Below are positions 17,195 through 26,965 of a stretch of 64,000 bases of DNA, in pieces (positions within the stretch are counted from its first letter, which is position 1; each line of letters opens with the position of its first letter). Made by a program: the position numbers and the translations under genes. Source of the stretch: Lacipirellulaceae bacterium. GTDB lineage: Bacteria > Planctomycetota > Planctomycetia > Pirellulales > Lacipirellulaceae. The stretch covers positions 2,009 to 66,008 of the forward strand of contig JBIOWO010000253.1 of the NCBI GenBank assembly GCA_044868555.1. Reading direction: 5' to 3'. The notes beneath the pieces are model-generated. The model had not been told where the DNA came from. It saw only the letters and a program-made list of their open reading frames with translations, and searched no databases.

Positions 17195-18592
17195 ATGAAC
17201 GCCCGCCAGCTCCAAAAACTCGGTGTCCCACCCGACTGCGTGAAAGCGGCCATGCACGCGCTCGGCCGCGCCGCCGACGCGGGCACCGGCCTCGGGCTCA
17301 AGGGCAAGCGGGCCCGCCAGCTCGTCGCCGCCGTGATCCAGAATCCGCCGGCCCACGTGACCGATCCCGTTTGGGGCGAGCTGGCCCGCGAGCTCCTGGC
17401 AGCCGACGCCCCGCTGGCCCACGAAGCCATTTCGTATCGCACCTGGGGCGACGACATCGACGTCGGCGCCCACGAGCAGATGCGAGCTGCCTGCCAGGTT
17501 CCCACCGCCGTTGCCGCCGCGCTGATGCCCGACGCCCACATCGGCTATGGCCTGCCCATCGGCGGTGTCCTGGCCTGCGACAATGCCGTGATTCCCTACG
17601 CGGTCGGCGTCGATATCGCGTGCCGCATGAAACTATCGGTGCTCGATCTGCCAACCGCCACGCTGGAGAGCGATTTCAACCGCTACAAGGAAGCTCTCAT
17701 GGGTGGCACCAAGTTCGGTGTCGGCGTCGAGCACCGCCCGGCCCAATCGCACGCCGTGATGGACCGCGACTGGAACGTCACCCGCATCACGCGCGAACGT
17801 AAGGACACCGCCTGGAAGCAACTCGGCACCAGCGGCTCGGGCAATCACTTCGTCGAATTCGGCGTGCTGTCGCTCGCGCAAAACGAGCCGCAACTGGGAC
17901 TCGAAGCCGGCGAATATGTCGCCCTCTTGAGTCACAGCGGCAGCCGTGGCGCCGGCGCCGCCGTTTGCAGCACGTACAGCCAAACCGCCCAGGCCCAACT
18001 GCCCAAGCGTTTCAAAGACCTCGGCCGGCTGGCTTGGCTCAGCCTCGATAGCGAGGCGGGGCAGGAATACTGGAATGCGATGAACCTGATGGGTGAGTAC
18101 GCATCGGCCAACCACGCCGTGATCCATCGCCTGGTGACGAAGCTGCTCGGGGCCCAGATCATCGCCGGCGTCGAGAACCACCATAACTTTGCGTGGAAGG
18201 AACGACACCAGGGCCGCGAGCTGATCGTCCACCGCAAAGGCGCTACGCCAGCCAGCGCCGGCGTTTTGGGCGTCATCCCCGGCACGATGGCCGACCCGGC
18301 CTTCGTCGTTCGCGGCCTCGGCAATCCGCACAGTCTCAACTCGGCCGCTCACGGCGCCGGCCGCCGCATGTCGCGCAAAAAGGCAAACGACACCTACCGC
18401 TTCCAAGCCGTCCGCAAAGACCTCGAACAGCGCGGCATCCACGTGCTGGCCGCCGGCTCCGACGAAGTGCCCGGCGTTTACAAGGACATCCGCCAGGTGA
18501 TGGCCGCCCAGCAGGACCTGGTCGAAACGGTCGCCCGCTTCGACCCCAAAATCGTCCGCATGTGCGGCGACGGCAGCCGAGCGGAGGACTAG
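17195..18592 (+). CDS. rtcB: RNA-splicing ligase RtcB
   Basis: MPDAHIGYGLPIGGV, GSGNHF, SHSGSRG and NHHNFAW..HRKGAT motifs. There is an approx 60-aa N-terminal extension relative to E. coli RtcB. Confidence 0.95.
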   Translation: MNARQLQKLGVPPDCVKAAMHALGRAADAGTGLGLKGKRARQLVAAVIQNPPAHVTDPVWGELARELLAADAPLAHEAISYRTWGDDIDVGAHEQMRAACQVPTAVAAALMPDAHIGYGLPIGGVLACDNAVIPYAVGVDIACRMKLSVLDLPTATLESDFNRYKEALMGGTKFGVGVEHRPAQSHAVMDRDWNVTRITRERKDTAWKQLGTSGSGNHFVEFGVLSLAQNEPQLGLEAGEYVALLSHSGSRGAGAAVCSTYSQTAQAQLPKRFKDLGRLAWLSLDSEAGQEYWNAMNLMGEYASANHAVIHRLVTKLLGAQIIAGVENHHNFAWKERHQGRELIVHRKGATPASAGVLGVIPGTMADPAFVVRGLGNPHSLNSAAHGAGRRMSRKKANDTYRFQAVRKDLEQRGIHVLAAGSDEVPGVYKDIRQVMAAQQDLVETVARFDPKIVRMCGDGSRAED

Positions 18593-18646
18593 GTCCGCAT
18601 GTCGGCGAAATTGCGATTCTGATAAAATGGAGTGGGAGGAATCGCA

Positions 18647-19300
18647 ATGGCCGCCCCGTTCGAACCCAATCTTTCTATTTTACCTGACGAGCAGCGCCGC
18701 TTGTGGCCGGAATTGCGGGATGTGCCGCAGACGTTCGTGCTGTGCGGTGGCACCGCGATCGCTTTGCAACTGGGCCACCGCACGTCGCGCGATTTCGACT
18801 TCGTTGCCTTTGGCACGTTTGATCCCGACGAGCTATTTTCCCGATTGCCACTACTCGCTGGCAGCGAAGCCATTCAGAAATCAGCCAACACTCTCTCGTG
18901 CATCGTGAAGCGCGACGCCCCGGTTCAGCTATCGTTCTTCGGCACTCCCGGCCTCCGATTGCTCAATCCCCCGCTGATCGCCTCCGACAATCATGTGCGG
19001 ATCGCGTCGCTGCTCGACCTTTCCGCCATGAAGGCTGCGGTCGTGCAGAAGCGCGCGGAAGCAAGAGACTATATCGATCTGGATGCAATCGTTCAGCAAG
19101 GGGGCGTGGATCTCCCAACCGCCTTGGCGGCAGCCCGCGCGCTTTACGGACCAGCGTACAATCCAGAGCTAACGCTGAAATCGTTAAGCTTTTTTGGGGA
19201 CGGTAATTTAGCTAATTTGCCTCCGAACGTTCAAAACCGGCTCGAACAAGCAGTGCGAAGTGTCAATCTCAATGAACTGCCAAAAATCAGGCGATCATGA
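18647..19300 (+). CDS. DUF1814 / AbiEii-family nucleotidyltransferase (type IV TA toxin-like)
   Basis: CGGTAIALQLGHRTSRDFDFV is the NTase G-x-D-x-D motif. KAAVVQKRAEARDYIDLD is the AbiEii motif III-like segment. The ATG at 18647 is preceded by GGGAGG. The ORF track starts at the GTG at 18632. Confidence 0.8.
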   Translation: MAAPFEPNLSILPDEQRRLWPELRDVPQTFVLCGGTAIALQLGHRTSRDFDFVAFGTFDPDELFSRLPLLAGSEAIQKSANTLSCIVKRDAPVQLSFFGTPGLRLLNPPLIASDNHVRIASLLDLSAMKAAVVQKRAEARDYIDLDAIVQQGGVDLPTALAAARALYGPAYNPELTLKSLSFFGDGNLANLPPNVQNRLEQAVRSVNLNELPKIRRS

Positions 19301-19617
19301 AGCAGCTTGTGTTAACTCCCGAACTTCAGCAAGTGGCTCGCCGGGTTATCTGGTTCGAGGAGCCGGAGCAGGCAATCGCCGATCCAGCACGATTCGTCGC
19401 CTATGCGATGACATACGGAACTCACACCGATGTCGCAGAAATCGAGCAGCAGCTGACCGAAGTCGGTCTATTGGAGGCCCTTGAAAACGCCCCGGCCGGC
19501 ATCTTCGACCCGCGCTCCTGGGCCTATTGGAACCTCAAATTGGGCCGCTATCCTACGCCTCCAATGCCGCAGAGGCCATTTGATAAAATGCCGTGGCCGC
19601 CTAAGTTTGACGCGTGA
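19297..19617 (+). CDS. hypothetical protein, translationally coupled to the NTase (possible cognate partner)
   Basis: ATGA start/stop overlap with the preceding gene. 106 aa with no recognisable motif. Confidence 0.6.
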   Translation: MKQLVLTPELQQVARRVIWFEEPEQAIADPARFVAYAMTYGTHTDVAEIEQQLTEVGLLEALENAPAGIFDPRSWAYWNLKLGRYPTPPMPQRPFDKMPWPPKFDA

Positions 19618-19722
19618 TTTCGGAGCTGCGGGCGACTATCCTAGAAGCGTCATATTGGTAAGCGTCGGCCGCGGAGCCGAATTCAGCGGCCTCGACGTCT
19701 CCATCACGTTCTGGAGTCCACC

Positions 19723-20544
19723 ATGACCAACCCAACGCTTCGATATTTGACCGTGATCTGGTTGACGCTTGTCGGCGTTATTCTGCAACAATTCACCGCG
19801 ATGGCTCAAGAGCGGCTGCGTGTCGAGCGAGACGGAGGATCGACTCTTGCGCTTCAATTTGGTGGTCGAGGGGAAACTTCCGACACTCCCGCGCCTTCCG
19901 CCGAACCCCGCGACCTGGTCGCGCTCACAGTCTGGGTGCTGACTGTCTCCGATTCAGCCACACCGGAAACGGACGAGCTTATCGGCCAATTGGTCGACAA
20001 GGCGAACAGCCTGCCGGTGGTTATCGGAAAATCGGACGACGTCCGCGATCTCGTCAAACGGCTCAAAGTCGCAGGGCTACTGAGCACGTCGCGCGAATAT
20101 CGTCTCCTCACGCTCGACGGCCAGCAAGTGACATCTCAGGCCGGCTCCAACCATCCTACCATCGTTGCCACCAACATCACCAACCGCGGCCGGACCAACT
20201 CCATTAACTTCCAACAAGTCGGGACGATGATCACGGCGACAGCACGCATCGACGCTGCTTCCGGAATTCTTGTGAGCCTCGACTATCAGGCCAGCGGCGT
20301 CGAGAAATCGAGGGACGTGGCGATCGATCAACCGGGTGAAGGCCAGCCGACATTCGCTGACATCATGGCAACCCAGCAGATCAACACGACAGTCCGCCTC
20401 AAGAGCGGCACCGCTTTACTGGTACGCAGTGACGCGACTCAAGACTTCGGCGAAAAATCCACCGGCGGACAGACGCGCCTGATAATCCTTTCTGCCACGG
20501 TGATACCCGCGCTCGAGGAACCGCGGAGCGCGGCCGCAGAGTAG
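19723..20544 (+). CDS. secreted hypothetical protein with secretin-like C-terminal segment
   Basis: Signal peptide present. The C-terminal QQINTTVRLKSGTALLV...RLIILSATVI resembles the end of secretin domains. It lies in AT-richer DNA. Confidence 0.5.
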   Translation: MTNPTLRYLTVIWLTLVGVILQQFTAMAQERLRVERDGGSTLALQFGGRGETSDTPAPSAEPRDLVALTVWVLTVSDSATPETDELIGQLVDKANSLPVVIGKSDDVRDLVKRLKVAGLLSTSREYRLLTLDGQQVTSQAGSNHPTIVATNITNRGRTNSINFQQVGTMITATARIDAASGILVSLDYQASGVEKSRDVAIDQPGEGQPTFADIMATQQINTTVRLKSGTALLVRSDATQDFGEKSTGGQTRLIILSATVIPALEEPRSAAAE

Positions 20545-20592
20545 GGTGGCCGAGTGCCACCGGACGCACCAACAACGACCGACCCGGCGCGG

Positions 20593-21693
20593 CTAATTCT
20601 GCCCCGCCTTCGGCGTCTCACCGCTCAGGTGCCGCCGCAGGTACGTCGCCCGCTCGATATTGCGGTCCGACGAATCGAGCTCCATGCCGGTCAGCTTTTG
20701 CAGATGGGCCGGCTGCGTGTGCACGAATAGCTTGTTGACGGTCGGCATCGCCACGTCGCGAATCAGGCCCAGATTGACGCCCATCCGCAAGCTCGACAAG
20801 AGGTGCATCGTCTCTTCCGAGCTGATCGTTTGGGCCGTCCGCAGGATGCCGTATGCCCGGCTTACCCGGTCGTGCAGCGTCTCCTGGCTCTCGCGAATCA
20901 AGAACTCGCGGGCCTGTCGCTCGTAATCGATCATCACCGGCACCACGTCGGCCACCTTCTTTGTCAGCTCCTCTTCGCTCAGCCCGAGCGTGATCTGGTT
21001 GCTGACCTGGTAGAAATCGCCCTGGGCCTGCGAGCCCTCGCCATAGAGGCCGCGGACGGCCAGGTTGATCTTCTGCAGGCTGCGAAACACCTTGTCGATC
21101 TGCCGCGTGAGCACCAGTGCCGGCAGGTGCAGCATCACGCTCACCCGCAGGCCCGTCCCCACGTTGGTCGGGCAGGCCGTCAGGTAGCCGAACCGATCGT
21201 TGTACGCGTACGTCACCCGCGACTCGATGTGATCGTCCAGCTCGGTGATTTCCTCCCAGGCCGCGGTCAGGTCGAGCCCGCTCTTGATCACCTGGATCCG
21301 CAGGTGATCTTCTTCATTGATCATCACGCTCACCTGCTCGCGCTTATCGATGACCACCGCCCGCGCTCCCTCGGCTTCGGCGTGTTCGCGGCTGATAAGC
21401 TGCCGCTCCACCAGAAACTGCCGATCGACGGCCTCCAGCGCACTAACGTCGACGTAAATCAGTTGGCCGATGAATTTGCCGACCTCATGCAGCTTTTCGA
21501 TTCGCCCGCGCAGGATGCGGCCGATCTCCGCCCGGTCGGCGTCCGTCGCCCGCGCGATGAATGGAAAGTCGGCCAGGTTCCGCGCCAGCCGGATGCGGCT
21601 CGAAATGACGATGTCCGACTCTGGCCCCTCGCCCCGCAGCCATTCGCCGGAGGTCTGCGCCAGGTCGTGCAGATTGATGTTGGAGAAGTCCAT
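20593..21693 (-). CDS. mcsB: protein arginine kinase McsB
   Basis: Phosphagen-kinase-type motifs: RIRLARNLADFPF, NEEDHLRIQ, CPTNVGTGLRVSVMLHLPAL. Confidence 0.93.
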   Translation of the reverse strand: MDFSNINLHDLAQTSGEWLRGEGPESDIVISSRIRLARNLADFPFIARATDADRAEIGRILRGRIEKLHEVGKFIGQLIYVDVSALEAVDRQFLVERQLISREHAEAEGARAVVIDKREQVSVMINEEDHLRIQVIKSGLDLTAAWEEITELDDHIESRVTYAYNDRFGYLTACPTNVGTGLRVSVMLHLPALVLTRQIDKVFRSLQKINLAVRGLYGEGSQAQGDFYQVSNQITLGLSEEELTKKVADVVPVMIDYERQAREFLIRESQETLHDRVSRAYGILRTAQTISSEETMHLLSSLRMGVNLGLIRDVAMPTVNKLFVHTQPAHLQKLTGMELDSSDRNIERATYLRRHLSGETPKAGQN

Positions 21694-21705
21694 GGTGAAG
21701 GCGAA

Positions 21706-22227
21706 CTATTTCTGCGCTTCCTCGCGCGTCTGTTCGATCTTGCGAATCTCGTCGCGCAGTTTCGACGCCCGCTCGTACTCCTCCGACGTTACCGCCTCTT
21801 TCATCTCCCGCCGCAGCCGGATCAGCTGCGTCTGCTCTTCGGCGCCGCGGGCACAGAACTTCGGCACCTTGCCCATGTGCTTGGTCTCGCCGTGGATGTT
21901 GAGGAGCAAAGGCTCCAGCTCCTCGGCAAAGCACACGTAGTCGTGCGGGCAGCCCAGTCGGCCCTGCTTGCGGAACTCCAAAAACGTGATCCCGCACACC
22001 GGGCAAGTCCGCTGGTCGAGCCGCGCCAGCTCCTCGGCAGTTTCGCCCACCGCCAGATGTTGTGCCAAGAGCCCCGCCATCGCCGGCAGCACCTCGTTCG
22101 CCTCGTCCGAACTCGGCGCCAGGAACTTGTGCGCACATTCCTCGCACAGGTGCAGTTCGTTCGGCTTCCCGTCCACAAGGTCGGTAATGTGAAACGTAGC
22201 CGGCTTCTCACACTTCTGGCATTTCAT
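21706..22227 (-). CDS. mcsA: McsA-like activator (zinc fingers + UVR motif)
   Basis: CQKC...CEEC and CPVC Cys pairs. C-terminal UVR-like EEYERASKLRDEIRKIE. The start is taken at MKCQKC because the longer ORF runs into a repeat hairpin. Confidence 0.85.
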   Translation of the reverse strand: MKCQKCEKPATFHITDLVDGKPNELHLCEECAHKFLAPSSDEANEVLPAMAGLLAQHLAVGETAEELARLDQRTCPVCGITFLEFRKQGRLGCPHDYVCFAEELEPLLLNIHGETKHMGKVPKFCARGAEEQTQLIRLRREMKEAVTSEEYERASKLRDEIRKIEQTREEAQK

Positions 22228-22245
22228 GGCAAACTCACCAAATAG

Positions 22246-22334
22246 CCGACCCATCTTGGGTCGGATGACGCCGTAATCGCGGCACAGTGCTACTCGCCCC
22301 TCAATCCGGCCAGGATGGCCGGGCCATTTGCTGC
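22246..22334. repeat. composite repeat: ccgacccatcttgggtcgg hairpin plus ccggccaggatggccggg unit
   Basis: The hairpin is at 22246-22264 and the unit at 22306-22334. This is the third occurrence of the pairing. Confidence 0.85.
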
Positions 22335-22557
22335 GGAGCGCGAACCCAATTCTTATCGGCCCGCACCTATCTACATCATATCCCAGCCGTCAAAGAAGCG
22401 AGAAATTGTGTGAATCCACGCCGGGCAGAGAGTGGCTAGTGGGATTCTAGCCAGGGGCACCCTACTGTCAAGACGAAGCACGCGCTACGGCCTCCACGCA
22501 GCATACCACGCCGTGGTAGGATGCGTGTCTCCGGGTGGAAATCAATGTTTTGCCGCG

Positions 22558-22599
22558 ACGCGCTCGTCGAGCGGTAGCTCGACATAGCGGAGCGCGTCC
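22558..22599 (+). promoter_or_regulatory. nested stem-loop in the trpE 5' leader
   Basis: The outer stem gacgcgctc / gagcgcgtc (9 bp) encloses gtcgagc-ggta-gctcgac (7 bp). It ends 28 nt before the trpE ATG and has no U-tract. Confidence 0.35.
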
Positions 22600-22627
22600 T
22601 CGCCGGACCCGCGTGAAGCGTCAATCC

Positions 22628-24245
<1,618 letters not shown>

Positions 24246-24250
<5 letters not shown>

Positions 24251-24277
24251 GGTGGGTCGAGTTCGACGAGACCCACC
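24246..24277. repeat. palindromic repeat ggtgggtcgagttcgacgagacccacc; contains the trpE stop codon
   Basis: Family members at 8618, 30201, 32516 and 34326. Confidence 0.85.
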
Positions 24278-24284
24278 TGTCAAC

Positions 24285-25727
24285 TCACTCCACCGTCCAC
24301 AGCGTTAGCGCATCTGCGTCTTTGATATAGATGCCGTTCCCCGCGGGCACCGGGTAGGCGTACGTCCCGCCTTCGGCCACTTTGTAGCGGGCCACTTCCG
24401 TGTAATCGGCGTCCGTCGGCTGGAACACGACCAACTCAGCGGCCGGCGACAGCGCTAGCAGCACCGAACCGGCATCGACAATCGAGCCGTATCCACCGCC
24501 GCCACCTCGTCCACCACGGCCTCGTCCACCACGACCACCGCCACGGCCCTCACCGCGCTGGAATCCCTCGCCTCGGCCACGTCCTTGTCCTTCGCCGCGC
24601 CGCGGTTGCTCTCCTTCTTGCTGCTGCACAAGCTGCGCGAATCGCACCCTCACCTGCACGCCCCCTGTTGCGGCAGCCCGATCGCGCTGTTCGCCTTCCG
24701 CCGTGGCTGCCGGCTTCGTAATTGGCGCCGTCCACGCCGTCTTGTTCGTCTCCGTATTGATGCAAAATAGTTGCCCGCCGTTCGAAAGGCCATACAGCTT
24801 GCCGTCCTTGAGCACGGGGGTATTGAATTGCACGGAATTGTCCGTATTGCCCCACACCTTCTCCTCTTTAAGTCCTTCGCCGTCGAGCGCGAGCTTGATC
24901 GCCGTAATCCCCGTGCCCGGGCCGGCGAGAATGAGCGTGTCGCCCGCCACGATCGGCGTCGCCGAATTGTAGCGACCTTGCGAGTACGGCATCTCCCACT
25001 TCTGCTTGCCGTCGGTGCCAAGAGCGACCATGTTCCTCGCCGTGGGAGCCACGATCACATGCGTGCCACCGACAGTCATCAACACGGGCGAACCGTACCC
25101 AGGACCATCTTCTGTCCACTTCCATTTTTCGTCGCCACTGATTAAGTCGAACGCGACAATGCCGCCTTCATCCTGCCCGCCCAGCTGCGCAATGCACATG
25201 CCATCGACCACGATCGGCGAGCTCGCCGCGAAAAACATGGGCAGGTCGCCGTCAAAGTCGTCCTTGCCAGCTTTCCGCCACAACTGCCGACCGCTGTTGA
25301 TGTCGTAGCAGGTGAGCGTGCCATCCACGCCCAAAGTCACCGCCTTGCCATTCATTAGCGTCGGCGAGCTTCGTGGGCCGGGAAAACCACTCGCCCCGCC
25401 CGTTGGCCGCCGCGCTGGATATTCGTCCTTCCACAATTCGTCGCCCGTGGCCGCACTCAGGCACCGCACGACTTCGTTGTCGTCTTGCCGCGAAAACACG
25501 ATCAGCTTGCCGTCGGCCAGCGACGGCGTCGACACGCCGTTGCCCACCGGCACCGACCACTTCTTGGTCAACTCCTTGGGCCAGGTGGCCGGTGCTTGGA
25601 AGCCGCTGGCCTTGGCATCGCGATTCGGTCCCCGCCACTGCGGCCAGTCCTGTCCGCCGGCGCGATCGCCGCTCATCAACACGAGTCCACCAACGACCAG
25701 ACCCACCACCCACGTCGCGCGCATCAT
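24285..25727 (-). CDS. PQQ-like beta-propeller repeat protein (BamB-like fold) with RGG-rich insertion
   Basis: Signal peptide MMRATWVVGLVVGGLVL, then DWPQWRGPNRD and repeated propeller blades. The start is set at 25727. Confidence 0.85.
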   Translation of the reverse strand: MMRATWVVGLVVGGLVLMSGDRAGGQDWPQWRGPNRDAKASGFQAPATWPKELTKKWSVPVGNGVSTPSLADGKLIVFSRQDDNEVVRCLSAATGDELWKDEYPARRPTGGASGFPGPRSSPTLMNGKAVTLGVDGTLTCYDINSGRQLWRKAGKDDFDGDLPMFFAASSPIVVDGMCIAQLGGQDEGGIVAFDLISGDEKWKWTEDGPGYGSPVLMTVGGTHVIVAPTARNMVALGTDGKQKWEMPYSQGRYNSATPIVAGDTLILAGPGTGITAIKLALDGEGLKEEKVWGNTDNSVQFNTPVLKDGKLYGLSNGGQLFCINTETNKTAWTAPITKPAATAEGEQRDRAAATGGVQVRVRFAQLVQQQEGEQPRRGEGQGRGRGEGFQRGEGRGGGRGGRGRGGRGGGGGYGSIVDAGSVLLALSPAAELVVFQPTDADYTEVARYKVAEGGTYAYPVPAGNGIYIKDADALTLWTVE

Positions 25728-25923
25728 GAATCTGTCTCCCTTTGCAAGCCGTCGAAAATAGAAATCGCACGTGCGCCGGTCTCCAGACCGGGCCCGATAA
25801 CGGCACGAATGTTCATGGCCACGAGCCGCATCCTTGCCAACCCGCTTCCCAGCCGAACCACAAAGGTCGCACGCATGATAATCGCTCTTGCGACTATAGT
25901 AAAGCCGTTTGAGGCAGCAGTTT

Positions 25924-26035
25924 GTAGCAGGCACGCTCCGCGTGCCGTAGCTGAACCACCGGAATTTGGTGATTACGCCATCGTTTGGCCGAACAACTAC
26001 CGCTTCCGTAACGGCACACGGAGTGTGCCTACTAC
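25924..26035. repeat. two hairpin repeats (gtagcaggcacgctccgcgtgccgtagc; gtaacggcacacggagtgtgcctactac)
   Basis: At 25924-25951 and 26008-26035. The mirror copies lie at 26693-26717 and 26774-26801. Confidence 0.85.
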
Positions 26036-26125
26036 GTTTCTTTTCCTTCCCGCCCGCGTTTTCCACGGCTACAATGACGATAACCTGCGTGCGACCGCCG
26101 CCTACGTCGCGCGAGGCCCCAAAAA

Positions 26126-26689
26126 ATGGCTGATAGCGACAAAAATCTCTCCGGGCATTTTCTCGTCGCCTCGCGCTACCTGCGCGATCCCAACTTCGTG
26201 CGCTCCGTCGTGCTGATGATCCACCACACCGACGAGGGCGCGATGGGCGTCGTCATCAATCGGCCCTCGGACAAAACCGTAAGCGAAGTCTGGGACATGA
26301 TCGGCAACGACCCGGTCCAGCGCGAAGACTTCATTTACGTCGGCGGCCCCGTGCCCGGCCCGCTGGTCTGCGTTCACGACCAAGAAGCTTTCTCTGAACA
26401 CCAGGTCCTGCCCGGCCTGTTCGTCGCCACCCACCGCGATGCGCTCGACTTGATCGTTCGCAAGATGCAGCATCCGGTCCGCCTCTACAGCGGCCACGCC
26501 GGCTGGGGAGGCGGCCAACTCGAAGGCGAGCTCGAAGCGGGCGGCTGGCTGTTCACACGGGCCACCAAGGACGACGTCTTCGCCGACCACGAAACGATTT
26601 GGAAGACGGTCACCCAGCGGATCGGCCTGGAGATCATGGCTCCGGACCTCGACTTCGAACACGTCCCGCCCGACGCCTCAATGAACTAG
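26126..26689 (+). CDS. algH: YqgE/AlgH family protein (UPF0301)
   Basis: LVASRYLRDPNFVRSVVLMIHH..GAMGVVINRPS ... GHAGWGGGQLEGELEAGGWL. Confidence 0.9.
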   Translation: MADSDKNLSGHFLVASRYLRDPNFVRSVVLMIHHTDEGAMGVVINRPSDKTVSEVWDMIGNDPVQREDFIYVGGPVPGPLVCVHDQEAFSEHQVLPGLFVATHRDALDLIVRKMQHPVRLYSGHAGWGGGQLEGELEAGGWLFTRATKDDVFADHETIWKTVTQRIGLEIMAPDLDFEHVPPDASMN

Positions 26690-26692
26690 GTG

Positions 26693-26801
26693 GTAGGCAC
26701 ACTCCGTGTGCCGTAACTGCAACGGTGTTCGGTCGGTCGCCCCGCAACGCTTGAGAGTCGGATTGGTGTTTCTGCTACGGCACGCGGAGCGTGCCTGCTA
26801 C
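26693..26801. repeat. two hairpin repeats, reverse-complement partners of 25924-26035
   Basis: gtaggcacactccgtgtgccgtaac at 26693-26717. gctacggcacgcggagcgtgcctgctac at 26774-26801. Confidence 0.85.
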
Positions 26802-26965
26802 GATTCTGCGACAGTGTGCGATCATCACAACCGTCACACCTTCTCATAAACGGCTCGCGCGTTTTGACGAGTCAAAATTCTCACGCCGTTTTCGGTGCGG
26901 TTCCGTGTAACACGTGGCCGAATTCTCTAGGTAAGCCAGTCACTCTCTTACCCGCCGCGTGATCG

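Noticed and set aside
18554-18607. Short direct repeat gtccgcatgt(g)cggcga spanning the rtcB stop codon, as an att-like core for insertion of the NTase patch
   Set aside because: It is only 16-17 nt, and I found no second-junction copy near 19620-20590. That is insufficient to call an island boundary.
22335-22627. Classical trp attenuator (leader peptide with tandem Trp codons plus terminator) upstream of trpE
   Set aside because: There is no short ORF with consecutive TGG codons and no U-tract terminator. Only the nested hairpin is reported separately.
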